Of a DNA stretch of 27,976 bases, positions 12,958-22,394 are shown piece after piece. The stretch lies in assembly GCA_016219225.1 (NCBI GenBank), contig JACRBX010000262.1, positions 1 to 27,976 of the forward strand, written 5' to 3'. The notes below the pieces were generated by a model that was given only the letters and a program-made list of their open reading frames with translations, was not told the DNA's origin and did no database searches. The stretch is from Deltaproteobacteria bacterium (lineage in GTDB: Bacteria > Desulfobacterota > RBG-13-43-22). Within the stretch, counting starts at the first letter, position 1, and each line of letters starts with the position of its first letter. Made by a program: the position numbers and the translations under genes.

Positions 12958-14082
12958 ATGCAAAATCCATTCTATTTCAGAGTGTTACCATTGACAGCGC
13001 CCTTCTGTGATAGAGAGAAAGAACTGGACCAGTTGGTGGCCCATGCTCAGAACAGGGCCAACGTCGTTTTTTTCTCTCCGAGAAGATATGGGAAGACATC
13101 CCTCGTCCAAAGGGTACAGGAAAGATTGAAGAGAAAGGGACTCGCGACGGTCTATATCGATTTGTTCGGCATCGATTCGCAGGAAGACCTGGCTGCCAGA
13201 ATGGCCTCCCGGCTCTATTCCTATTGTCATGAAAACGAAGGCCTCTTTAAAAAGGCGATGAAATTTTTATCCTCCTGGAGGCCGGTAATCAGACCTGATC
13301 CGGAGTATGGCGTTTCCCTGACCGTGGAGCGATCCGTCGGGCGGAAGGGGGCCGATCTCCTCAACAGTACCCTCGATGGCTTTGGTAAGTTCATCCAAGA
13401 AGAAAAGAAGGGTGTTCATATTGTCTTCGATGAATTTCAAGAGATCTCGGAGTTACGTGAGTCCCTCCAAATAGAAGGAATGCTGAGGGCGCACATCCAG
13501 ACTCACAGCCGTGCCTCTTACTTCTTCGTGGGGAGTAGGCGGCGCGTTCTAACTGATATCTTCAACATTCGAAAGAGGCCTTTCTATCGCAGTTCTATAA
13601 ACTTTCCGTTAGGTCCTTTACCCTTTGAAGAAGGAGTCCGTTTCGTAGTTGAACAGTTCAAAAGGGGAGGAAAATCATGCCCGGAGGAGATCGGAAAGAA
13701 AATCCTTGAAAAAACGGGTGGCTATCCCTATTACGTCCAGAGAGTGCCTTATTCGATCTTTGAGGTCAGCGGTAAAAAGGTGACTGAGGAGGACTATATT
13801 AAGGGGTTCCAGAAAACCGTTGAAGAAGAGGGCATCGTATATGAAGCGATAGTTCAAGCCCTTTCACTTCAACAGATAAAACTCCTTTCCGCGTTTGCTC
13901 TGGAGCCGACTGAAAAGCCTTACTCTGTCGATTACATGGGCAGGCATGGCCTCGGCTCTGTCGGCGGCGTCCAGGGAGCACTTAAGAGATTGTTGGAACT
14001 GGACTATATCGAAAAGAAGGCTCCCCTCTTCGTGATCGTCGATCCCCTCTTCGGGATCTGGCTCAGACGCCTTAAGGAATGA
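12958..14082 (+). CDS. AAA+ ATP-binding protein, archaeal-ATPase family (PF01637-like)
   Basis: Walker A FFSPRRYGKTSL and Walker B HIVFDEFQEI follow the PF01637 pattern. GGGAG lies 7 nt upstream of ATG 12958. The ORF opens at GTG 12940. Confidence 0.8.
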   Translation: MQNPFYFRVLPLTAPFCDREKELDQLVAHAQNRANVVFFSPRRYGKTSLVQRVQERLKRKGLATVYIDLFGIDSQEDLAARMASRLYSYCHENEGLFKKAMKFLSSWRPVIRPDPEYGVSLTVERSVGRKGADLLNSTLDGFGKFIQEEKKGVHIVFDEFQEISELRESLQIEGMLRAHIQTHSRASYFFVGSRRRVLTDIFNIRKRPFYRSSINFPLGPLPFEEGVRFVVEQFKRGGKSCPEEIGKKILEKTGGYPYYVQRVPYSIFEVSGKKVTEEDYIKGFQKTVEEEGIVYEAIVQALSLQQIKLLSAFALEPTEKPYSVDYMGRHGLGSVGGVQGALKRLLELDYIEKKAPLFVIVDPLFGIWLRRLKE

Positions 14083-14160
14083 GGGGACTCCGGCCCAAAC
14101 CCCCACTTAACCTGTTTGTAAAATATGTATTGATGGACTATTTATAAGTCCATCAGTATT

Positions 14161-14251
14161 GTCAAGGAGAAAAACATGGCGAAAGGCAAGGAGACCCCGA
14201 CTTACACCAGATCCTTGAGAAAAATATGTATCGAACAGGGGGGTATCACTT
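14161..14251 (+). repeat. Dispersed repeat, copy B
   Basis: GTCAAGGAGAAAAACATGGCGAAAGG ... CCCCGACTTACACCAGATCCTTGAGAAAAATATG matches copy A. It overlaps the 5' end of the small ORF 14176-14370. Confidence 0.6.
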
Positions 14252-14373
14252 TGAGATTTCTTTTGTTTTTCCGGGCAGGAAAGGAAAACCCCTTGACTCA
14301 CCAGCCTGGTTCAATTTATACTCAGATAAATTTACAATCCCAAAAATATTTATCCATCAAGAAAAGCTGAGCT

Positions 14374-14790
14374 ATGAAAATAGGAGTCTTAGACGGTCAG
14401 GGCGGCGGGATCGGGAGCGCCATCATCAAGAAATTACGGGAGGAATTCAACGAAAAGGTGGAAGTAATCGCCTTGGGAACCAATTCCATCGCCACCTCCC
14501 AGATGTTGAAGGCCCGGGCCAATAAAGGGGCGACGGGGGAAAATGCCATCATTCAAACCGCTCCCAAGATGGACATCCTGATCGGGCCGATTGGGATTGT
14601 TTTGGCCCAGTCCATGATGGGTGAGGTTACCCCGGCTATTGCCCGGGCGGTCGCTGAGAGCCCAGGTTTGAAATTTTTGATCCCCCTTACCCAGGAACGG
14701 GTTGAAGTGATTGGGTTATTTTCAGAACCGCTCCCCCACCTGGTGGAAAAATTAATGATTCGTTTAAAGGAGTGTATGGAAAATGTGTGA
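14374..14790 (+). CDS. DUF3842 family protein
   Basis: MKIGVLDGQGGGIGSAIIKKLRE ... ALGTNSIATSQMLKA ... ILIGPIGIV is the pattern I recall for DUF3842 proteins. Confidence 0.7.
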   Translation: MKIGVLDGQGGGIGSAIIKKLREEFNEKVEVIALGTNSIATSQMLKARANKGATGENAIIQTAPKMDILIGPIGIVLAQSMMGEVTPAIARAVAESPGLKFLIPLTQERVEVIGLFSEPLPHLVEKLMIRLKECMENV

Positions 14791-14971
14791 AGCCGCAGCA
14801 TTTATTATTCGTGACGGGAAAGAAGAACTGGTTTTGGATAGTGTGGACCTTTTAGAGCCGGATAATGGCCAGATTCGATTGGTAAACATCTTCGGCGAAC
14901 AAAAAATCCTTTCAGCCAGGATCAAAAAATTGTCTTTAGTGGATCATAAGATTATTCTGGAGGAGAGATGA
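14783..14971 (+). CDS. CooT-family (nickel-binding) small protein
   Basis: MCEAAAFII..., NIFGEQK and DHKIILEE match the CooT-family signature, including Cys2. It overlaps the DUF3842 gene by 8 nt. Confidence 0.75.
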   Translation: MCEAAAFIIRDGKEELVLDSVDLLEPDNGQIRLVNIFGEQKILSARIKKLSLVDHKIILEER

Positions 14972-14973
14972 TT

Positions 14974-15092
14974 CAGATACTGGATGCTGGTTTCTGGATA
15001 TTGGATAAAATAAAAATGAACAAAAGATGATGATATTACAAGCACACTGGATCGACCTATTGGCCTTTTGCCCAGTATCAATCCAGTATCTG
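14974..15092. repeat. Inverted pair of heptanucleotide tandem arrays
   Basis: CAGATAC TGGATGC TGGTTTC TGGATAT TGGATAA (14974-15008) is paired with its inverted partner at 15072-15092. There is a perfect 12-bp inverted repeat, CAGATACTGGAT (14974-14985) against 15081-15092. Confidence 0.8.
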
Positions 15093-15120
15093 TCTCACTT
15101 TACACAAGGAGGATATGGAG

Positions 15121-15750
15121 ATGATCGAGGATGTCTTAAGCAAGATAAGCTGGCTGGGGCACGATGGTATTTTATACCAGGATAAAAAGACCATTTATTT
15201 CGATCCCTTTCAGATTCCCGGAGGACCGCCGGCCGATCTTATCCTGATCAGTCATGACCATTTCGATCACTGCTCCCCGGAGGATGTAAAAAAAATCCAA
15301 ACCAAGGATACGATCATTGTGACCGAAGCGAATTCGGCCAAAAAACTTTCCGGCAAGATCGAAATCCTCAAACCTGGAGAGACCAAAACCATTCAAGGCA
15401 TCAGGATTGAGGCGGTCCCCTCCTATAATACCAATAAGGATTTTCACCCAAAAGTTAACAGTTGGCTGGGATTTATTGTCACATTGGACGGGGCGCGTCT
15501 ATATCACCCAGGAGATACGGATTATATCCCGGAAATGAAAACCATCCAGGCCGATATAGCCTTCCTTCCGGTCTCCGGGACCTATGTGATGACCGCCAAA
15601 GAAGCGGTGGAGGCGGCAAAGGTGATAAAACCCAAAATCGCCGTTCCGATACATTATGGGGCTATAGTGGGATCGGAAGCCGATGCCCAGGAATTTAAAG
15701 CATTACTCAAAGGGATAGTGGACGTTCGAATTTTACCCAAGAAGGGATAA
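15121..15750 (+). CDS. MBL-fold metallo-hydrolase
   Basis: Contains the SHDHFDH (HxHxDH) motif and later conserved His/Asp residues. AGGAGG lies 8 nt upstream of ATG 15121. An alternative ATG at 15115 has only a 2-nt spacing. Confidence 0.85.
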   Translation: MIEDVLSKISWLGHDGILYQDKKTIYFDPFQIPGGPPADLILISHDHFDHCSPEDVKKIQTKDTIIVTEANSAKKLSGKIEILKPGETKTIQGIRIEAVPSYNTNKDFHPKVNSWLGFIVTLDGARLYHPGDTDYIPEMKTIQADIAFLPVSGTYVMTAKEAVEAAKVIKPKIAVPIHYGAIVGSEADAQEFKALLKGIVDVRILPKKG

Positions 15751-15755
15751 AAAGA

Positions 15756-15840
15756 GAGCGCTCAGCGGTAAGCTTACAGCAATCAGCAGGATCCCATTTT
15801 TCTGGATTTTTTCTGAGGGCTGAATGCCGATCGCTGATAA
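15756..15840. repeat. Inverted pair of heptanucleotide tandem arrays between convergent genes
   Basis: GAGCGCT CAGCGGT AAGCTTA CAGCAAT CAGCAGG (15756-15790) faces CTGAGGG CTGAATG CCGATCG CTGATAA (15813-15840). The arrays are about 69% complementary by hand alignment. Confidence 0.7.
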
Positions 15841-15844
15841 CTCC

Positions 15845-16504
15845 TCAATAGTAGCGGTGGGTTTTTCGGCGGTTACGACTTATGAACCAGCCCAACAATA
15901 ATCCTATAAAAAGGACCGCTGAACCGGCTAAAAACCATTTGATCTGTTCTTCGTTACGCGGTCCTTTTCCTTTTTCAGCCAATTCGGCAACCTGTTTTTT
16001 GTAAAGATTGATCTCTTTGTTCAGTTGATCGTTTTTGGTCTTAAGTTCCGCCAGTTCATGGGAAGGGGGTTGATTTTTTCCCTGCTGGAGGGTTTGGGTC
16101 AGTTTTTTGGCTTCTTCGGTTTCATGTAACAGCCTATTTTTTTCCTGGATCAACAGGTCTCTTTCCCGGCCCAGATTTTGGTTGGCTTCTTTTAACCGTT
16201 GAAGTTCTTCCTGAAATTTAGGATCGAAGGAAGGGGCCGGCTTAACCTGATCTACCAAAAAACGAGTAGCCAGCCAACCCATTGTTCCATCCGGCAGTTT
16301 AACCTTCGACCAATTTTTATCCCCCTCAAGGACCTCAACGCGATCCCCGGTTTTTAGCATGGTTATAATCCGTTGTTCTATTCCGGTCCCGGAACGTAAG
16401 CCCACTTCGATTCGGTCGGTAATATACATAGACTTGGCCCATAAGGAAGCAGGGCAATAGAAAAGGAATCCTATAATCAGGGCGAGTAAGATACGGGAAG
16501 CCAT
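15845..16504 (-). CDS. SH3-domain protein with coiled coil and C-terminal membrane anchor (YgiM/TIGR04211-like)
   Basis: Has a signal peptide, an SH3_3-like segment (GDRVEVLEGDKNWSKVKLPDGTMGWL), a long coiled coil and a C-terminal TM helix followed by RNRRK. I take ATG 16504 as the start, with GAGGGG upstream. Confidence 0.75.
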   Translation of the reverse strand: MASRILLALIIGFLFYCPASLWAKSMYITDRIEVGLRSGTGIEQRIITMLKTGDRVEVLEGDKNWSKVKLPDGTMGWLATRFLVDQVKPAPSFDPKFQEELQRLKEANQNLGRERDLLIQEKNRLLHETEEAKKLTQTLQQGKNQPPSHELAELKTKNDQLNKEINLYKKQVAELAEKGKGPRNEEQIKWFLAGSAVLFIGLLLGWFISRNRRKTHRYY

Positions 16505-16577
16505 CTTTCCCCTCAATTGAGAGTAGAATTAGGCATTTATTAGCAAAATTGGAAGCGGAAGTCAAGAAAATTACAAT

Positions 16578-16608
16578 AAAAAAGCCCCCAAAGACGAGGG
16601 GGCTTTTT
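16578..16608 (-). terminator. Rho-independent terminator of groESL (bidirectional shape)
   Basis: GCCCCC-N8-GGGGGC (16584-16603) is flanked by A6 and T5 runs, 23 nt downstream of the groEL stop. Confidence 0.75.
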
Positions 16609-16630
16609 GAACATCCTATGGTTTTATGAT

Positions 16631-18259
<1,629 letters not shown>

Positions 18260-18271
18260 CTACTCCCTCCT

Positions 18272-18559
18272 TTATTCGATCACGCCTAAGATATCGTCTT
18301 CTCGCATCATTAAATACTCTTCGCCTTCGATTTTGATCTCGGTTCCGGAATATTTCCCAAATAGAATCTTGTCCCCGACCTTGACATCCAGGGTAAGCTT
18401 GGTCCCGTTTTCCAAGACTTTCCCAGGACCTGCGGCAATGACTTTGCCTTCCTGGGGCTTTTCCTTGGCAGTATCCGGGATAATAATCCCCCCTTTGGTT
18501 ACTTCTTCTTCTTGGATCCTCTGGACAATTACTCGATCATGTAATGGCCTGATTTTCAT
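18272..18559 (-). CDS. groS: Co-chaperonin GroES
   Basis: [40 protein letters not shown] is canonical GroES. GGAAGGAG lies upstream of ATG 18559. Confidence 0.97.
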   Translation of the reverse strand: MKIRPLHDRVIVQRIQEEEVTKGGIIIPDTAKEKPQEGKVIAAGPGKVLENGTKLTLDVKVGDKILFGKYSGTEIKIEGEEYLMMREDDILGVIE

Positions 18560-18594
18560 AAATTCACTCTCCTTCCTAAAAATTATGGGTCTTG

Positions 18595-18621
18595 TTAGCA
18601 CTCCCTTTTGGTCAGTGCTAA
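18595..18621 (-). promoter_or_regulatory. CIRCE operator (HrcA binding site)
   Basis: TTAGCACTC-N9-CAGTGCTAA has one mismatch to the consensus TTAGCACTC-N9-GAGTGCTAA. It lies 36 nt upstream of the groES ATG. Confidence 0.85.
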
Positions 18622-18648
18622 TATAAGTTCAAAGGTTCTTAAATTCAA
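18620..18648 (-). promoter_or_regulatory. Sigma70-type groESL promoter
   Basis: On the minus strand: TTGAAT (18648-18643), a 17-nt spacer and TATATT (18625-18620). It abuts CIRCE. Confidence 0.55.
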
Positions 18649-18797
18649 GTCTAAAATAAAAAAAATTATAGAATCGCGAAAAGGTTTCTGGATGACTGTG
18701 CAAAAAGGCAAAAAAAGAACTTTTATTGGTCGATCTAAGGAGTTACGGCTGTCTTTTCTTTGCCCTGGCTTTCTGGTATAATAGTTTTTCAAATATC

Positions 18798-18971
18798 TTA
18801 ATACGAAAATAGCTCAAAGCCGAAAGCTCAAAGCAAACCAAAAACAATTAAATCGACGCATGACGAAGCATGAAAAAGGATTCAAGGGGTCCAGGGGCCA
18901 AGGGTCCAAGTGAAAGGCGTGGAATTTAAAACCTTGAACCCTGGAATCCTTGAACCCTATTTTAGTACTAA
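18798..18971. repeat. Composite intergenic element: inverted terminal 15-nt boxes enclosing heptamer arrays
   Basis: TTAATACGAAAATAG (18798-18812) and CTATTTTAGTACTAA (18957-18971) are 13/15 complementary. Inside are GCTCAAA GCCGAAA GCTCAAA GCAAACC (18812-18839), a second array at 18878-18910 and its inverted partner at 18932-18958, about 80% complementary. Confidence 0.7.
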
Positions 18972-18978
18972 GGAGATT

Positions 18979-20181
18979 ATGAACATCAGAGAGCAATTAG
19001 AAGCTATTGAGGAAACAACCCTTTCCCCTTACGCCACTAAAAGCGCCAAAAGTATGGGGCGGACCCTCCATGGCGATGAACCGGATGCCTTCAGGACCGC
19101 TTTTCAGCGAGACCGGGACCGAATACTTTATTCCAAGGCCTTTAAAGATCTCCAATATAAAACCCAGGTTTTTCTGATCAGCGAAGGAGATTTTTATCGA
19201 ACCCGGTTGACCCATACCCTCGAAGTGGCCCAGCATGCCCGAACTCTGGCCAGGGCCCTTCGGTTAAATGAGGATTTATGCGAGGCCATTGCCTATGCCC
19301 ATGACCTGGGCCATGCCCCTTTCGGACACACGGGAGAAATAATCTTAAACGAGATTCTGAAGAAGGAGGGGGGGTTTGAACATAATCTCCAGAGCCTGCG
19401 AGTCGTTGATCTTTTGGAAAAACGATATAAGGCTTATGACGGGCTGAATCTATGTTTTGAAACCCGGGAAGGTATTGCCCGGCACACGACCCTCTATGAT
19501 CATCCCATCGTTCCAGCGGAATTCAAAAACACGCCCTCCCCGACCCTGGAGGCCCAAATAGTCAATATTGCCGATCCCTTGGCCTACTGTGCCCATGACC
19601 TGGAAGATGCCTTGAATGCCGGCTTTCTGTCCATGAACGATATCCCTCAAATGGAAAACCCCCTGGTCGCTCGGGTTTTAAGAAAGTGTGGAGATCGATA
19701 TCCCGGCTTCGATGATGGGGATACCATCATTCGGGCCCGATTATTGGTCCGGACCTTGATCGAGGAAACCAACATCATGGTCATCGAACAAACGCATAAA
19801 AATTTGCGGCGCCTGAAAATCCATACCCTTCAAGAGGTTCGAAAAGCCCGGATCCCCATTGTGACTGCCCCTGACAAGGATTGGGAAGATTTTAATCAAT
19901 TGAAAAATTTTCTTTTTGAAAATGTCTATAAACGTCCCCAGGTCTGCATTATGAATGAAAAAGGGAGACTGATTATTTCGGGGTTGTTTCATCACTTAGA
20001 AAAAAATCCGGACATGTTGCCCAGATTCTATAAATTTCGGTTCGGTCAGGCCGAAAATAAAAAGGCCGGACGTCGGGTACTGGCGGACTACCTGTCAGGC
20101 ATGACAGACCGCTATGCCATGGACCTCTATCAGATGATGTTCGAACCCTATGAAAAAGTCATGTTTGGTTTCAGGGAATAG
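18979..20181 (+). CDS. dGTPase-like HD-domain triphosphohydrolase (type 2 dGTPase family)
   Basis: Contains FRTAFQRDRDRILYS, RLTHTLEV and AHDLGHAPFGH motifs. AAGGAG lies upstream of ATG 18979. Confidence 0.85.
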   Translation: MNIREQLEAIEETTLSPYATKSAKSMGRTLHGDEPDAFRTAFQRDRDRILYSKAFKDLQYKTQVFLISEGDFYRTRLTHTLEVAQHARTLARALRLNEDLCEAIAYAHDLGHAPFGHTGEIILNEILKKEGGFEHNLQSLRVVDLLEKRYKAYDGLNLCFETREGIARHTTLYDHPIVPAEFKNTPSPTLEAQIVNIADPLAYCAHDLEDALNAGFLSMNDIPQMENPLVARVLRKCGDRYPGFDDGDTIIRARLLVRTLIEETNIMVIEQTHKNLRRLKIHTLQEVRKARIPIVTAPDKDWEDFNQLKNFLFENVYKRPQVCIMNEKGRLIISGLFHHLEKNPDMLPRFYKFRFGQAENKKAGRRVLADYLSGMTDRYAMDLYQMMFEPYEKVMFGFRE

Positions 20182-20758
20182 AGGAATAAATCTTTATGGT
20201 TTGGCCTGGTTGGGGTTTGTTTTTTGAGGAGAGCCGGTTCCAGTGCCTGATATCTTCGGGTTGCACATGGAATTGTTGGGCAATCGAATTGAAGGTGTCC
20301 CCTTTTTTTATCTTATAGGTTGTCGCTTTGGGGGCAGCCTTTTTAACTCCATGGGTTTCCGGTTTTTTTGCCAGGACCGTTAGTTGTTCCTTTAGGGCCG
20401 TTGCCTGTTCCTGCAGGGCCTTTACCTGCCCCTCTAAACCCTTCTGCCCTTCCTGTAAGGATTGGATTTCATTTTTCAAAGGGCTTGATTCCCCCTTCAA
20501 TTTCTGTACCTCTTCTTTGAGGGCTTTGAATTCAGGGGATTCCGATTGTTTTTGGGTTGGAATGAATCCCGGCGGCAGGACCATCCAAAGGCCCAAAGCC
20601 AGAACCACCAGTCCGACCAGGATTATCGGGATAAAAAGCCATTTTTTTGCAGAGGCCGGATGGGTCCTTCCCTGGTATCCTGAAGAGGATGAACACTCAT
20701 CCGGTTCATGGGCGACCTCGACTTTCGGTTCTTTTCTTTCTTCCAAATCATCTACCAT
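20171..20758 (-). CDS. LysM-domain membrane protein with coiled coil
   Basis: Has a TM helix (WLFIPIILVGLVVLALGLWMVL), a coiled coil and a C-terminal LysM domain (YKIKKGDTFNSIAQQFHVQPEDIRHWNRL). ATG 20758 lies 1 nt after the upstream stop codon. Confidence 0.75.
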   Translation of the reverse strand: MVDDLEERKEPKVEVAHEPDECSSSSGYQGRTHPASAKKWLFIPIILVGLVVLALGLWMVLPPGFIPTQKQSESPEFKALKEEVQKLKGESSPLKNEIQSLQEGQKGLEGQVKALQEQATALKEQLTVLAKKPETHGVKKAAPKATTYKIKKGDTFNSIAQQFHVQPEDIRHWNRLSSKNKPQPGQTIKIYSSIP

Positions 20759-20759
20759 A

Positions 20760-21257
20760 TTAAACCTCAAAATCAACCTGGATTTTAAAAATCTTTTCTG
20801 CGGGAAGGCTGATCAATTCCTTGATCCCGGTCCGGCGTTTAATGGTTTTAAGGGCCGATTCGATTATTTCCTGAGACTCGGCGATAAAAGTAAACCAGAT
20901 ATTATAATCGCCCTCCCTTTCATAATTATGGGTGACCCCGGCATATCGATTAACCTCTTCAATAAAACCGGGCAGTTTATCCATCGGAACCCGTGCGGCA
21001 CAAAGGGTGCTGGTAAAGCCCAGTTTGCGGGAGTTAAAATTTGCCCCGATGCGCCTGATTATTCCTCCCCGGCTCATGCGCTCCACCCTGGAGATGACCT
21101 CTTTTTCTTTAAGTCCAAGCCGCTCGGAAACCTCCCGATAGGGTCTGGTCTTGAGAGGGAAATGAGACTGAATTTCATTCAGGATGGCCCGATCGAGCCG
21201 ATCGAGCCTGTAAGGCGGGTCTTTTATAGGGGATTCTTTTTTTTTGCGTTTATCCAT
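20760..21257 (-). CDS. Siroheme decarboxylase subunit (AhbA/AhbB, NirD/L/G/H-like, Lrp/AsnC fold)
   Basis: LDRLDRAILNEIQSHFPLKTRPYREVSERLG ... GVTHNYER is the AhbA/B-type signature. The gene sits next to a NirJ-like radical SAM gene and hemB. Confidence 0.8.
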   Translation of the reverse strand: MDKRKKKESPIKDPPYRLDRLDRAILNEIQSHFPLKTRPYREVSERLGLKEKEVISRVERMSRGGIIRRIGANFNSRKLGFTSTLCAARVPMDKLPGFIEEVNRYAGVTHNYEREGDYNIWFTFIAESQEIIESALKTIKRRTGIKELISLPAEKIFKIQVDFEV

Positions 21258-21260
21258 AGC

Positions 21261-22385
21261 CTATTGCCCATAGCCCATTGCCTGCTTTTTCGGCTGATAA
21301 GTACAAAGCGGTTCTTCGGTCAAATAATTTCCGGTGGCTTCAAAGGCGCGGGCCCGGCAACCGCCGCAAACCCGAAAATATTCACAGTGACCGCACTTGC
21401 CTGAATATTGGGACCGGTCCCTGATGGCCGAAAAGACCGGAGAGGATTCCCAGATCTCCTTAAAGGTCTTTTTTCTAATATTTCCGGCATCGACTTCCAG
21501 GTAGCCACAGGGCTGGACTTGCCCTCGATGGGAGATAAAAGAAAACCCGGTTCCTCCCAGACAGCCCCGGGTGACAGCATCCAATCCGTGGGACTCAAAA
21601 GTGATTTTTCTCCCTTCCTGGTGGGCCGTCTCTCTGAGGATCCGGTAATAATGAGGGGCGCAAGTGGCCTTTATGGAGAGGGGAATCTCTTCCCTTCTCT
21701 TAACCAGCCAGGTCAAGGTATCTTCATAATCCTTGGCCGAAATAGTCTGGTCGGATAGGGCCCTGCCCCGACCGGTCGGGACCAGCATAAAAATATGATG
21801 GGCTACGGCCCCCAATTCAAGGACTTTTTCCTGGATCCGGGCCAGGTCCTGAAGATTATGCCGGGTTACGGTGGTATTGATCTGAAATTCCAAACCAACG
21901 GATTTGGCTGCTTCTATTCCTTTGAGAATGCCATCATAGGCCCCTTTTACCTGCCGAAAAAAGTCGTGGCTTTCGGCCGTGGCCCCATCCATACTGATGC
22001 TGATCCGCTGAATGCCCGATTCTTTCAATTTTCGGGCATTTTTAAGATCCAGCAAGGTGGCGTTGACGGCCATGACCATGCGCAGTCCCAGGGAATGGCC
22101 ATGCCGGGCCAATTCAAAGATATCCGGCCGGAGCAAGGGTTCTCCGCCGGTCAAAATAACCACCGGCTGTCCGACCTCCCGGATTTGATTCAGGAGTAAA
22201 AGGCCTTCGGCCGTAGTCAATTCATCGGGATAGGTGCCCATTTCGGCCGAGGCCCGGCAATGAAGGCAAGACAGATTGCATTGCCGGGTCACCTCCCAGG
22301 CCACCAGACGGATTTCCGGGATTGATGGAAGAGACCCGGTTGCTTTTTCCACCTGAGGATTTATGGAATGTTTATGGCCTTTCAT
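21261..22385 (-). CDS. Radical SAM/SPASM enzyme of the alternative haem pathway (AhbC/AhbD, NirJ-like)
   Basis: Has the CNLSCLHC (CxxxCxxC) radical SAM motif and a C-terminal SPASM-type Cys cluster (CGHCEYFRVCGGC). I cannot separate AhbC from AhbD by eye. Confidence 0.8.
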   Translation of the reverse strand: MKGHKHSINPQVEKATGSLPSIPEIRLVAWEVTRQCNLSCLHCRASAEMGTYPDELTTAEGLLLLNQIREVGQPVVILTGGEPLLRPDIFELARHGHSLGLRMVMAVNATLLDLKNARKLKESGIQRISISMDGATAESHDFFRQVKGAYDGILKGIEAAKSVGLEFQINTTVTRHNLQDLARIQEKVLELGAVAHHIFMLVPTGRGRALSDQTISAKDYEDTLTWLVKRREEIPLSIKATCAPHYYRILRETAHQEGRKITFESHGLDAVTRGCLGGTGFSFISHRGQVQPCGYLEVDAGNIRKKTFKEIWESSPVFSAIRDRSQYSGKCGHCEYFRVCGGCRARAFEATGNYLTEEPLCTYQPKKQAMGYGQ

Positions 22386-22394
22386 AAAATGTCC

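Noticed and set aside
15064-15077. TTGCC-CAGT-ATCAA upstream of the MBL hydrolase gene as an FNR-type box.
   Set aside because: Only 8/10 positions match the consensus, and it lies partly inside the inverted heptamer array, which explains the sequence better.
18979-20181. The dGTPase-like gene as a possible antiphage dNTP-depletion system.
   Set aside because: It sits among housekeeping genes (groESL, LysM, haem genes), outside the accessory island, and looks like the ordinary type 2 dGTPase family. There is no contextual support for a defence role.
20328-21404. ORF 20328-21404 (+, 358 aa), ORF 25425-26075 (-, 216 aa), ORF 17961-18626 (+, 221 aa) and similar long antisense ORFs.
   Set aside because: Each is antisense to a confidently identified gene (LysM/AhbAB, GGDEF, GroEL/GroES) and has a low-complexity translation without motifs.
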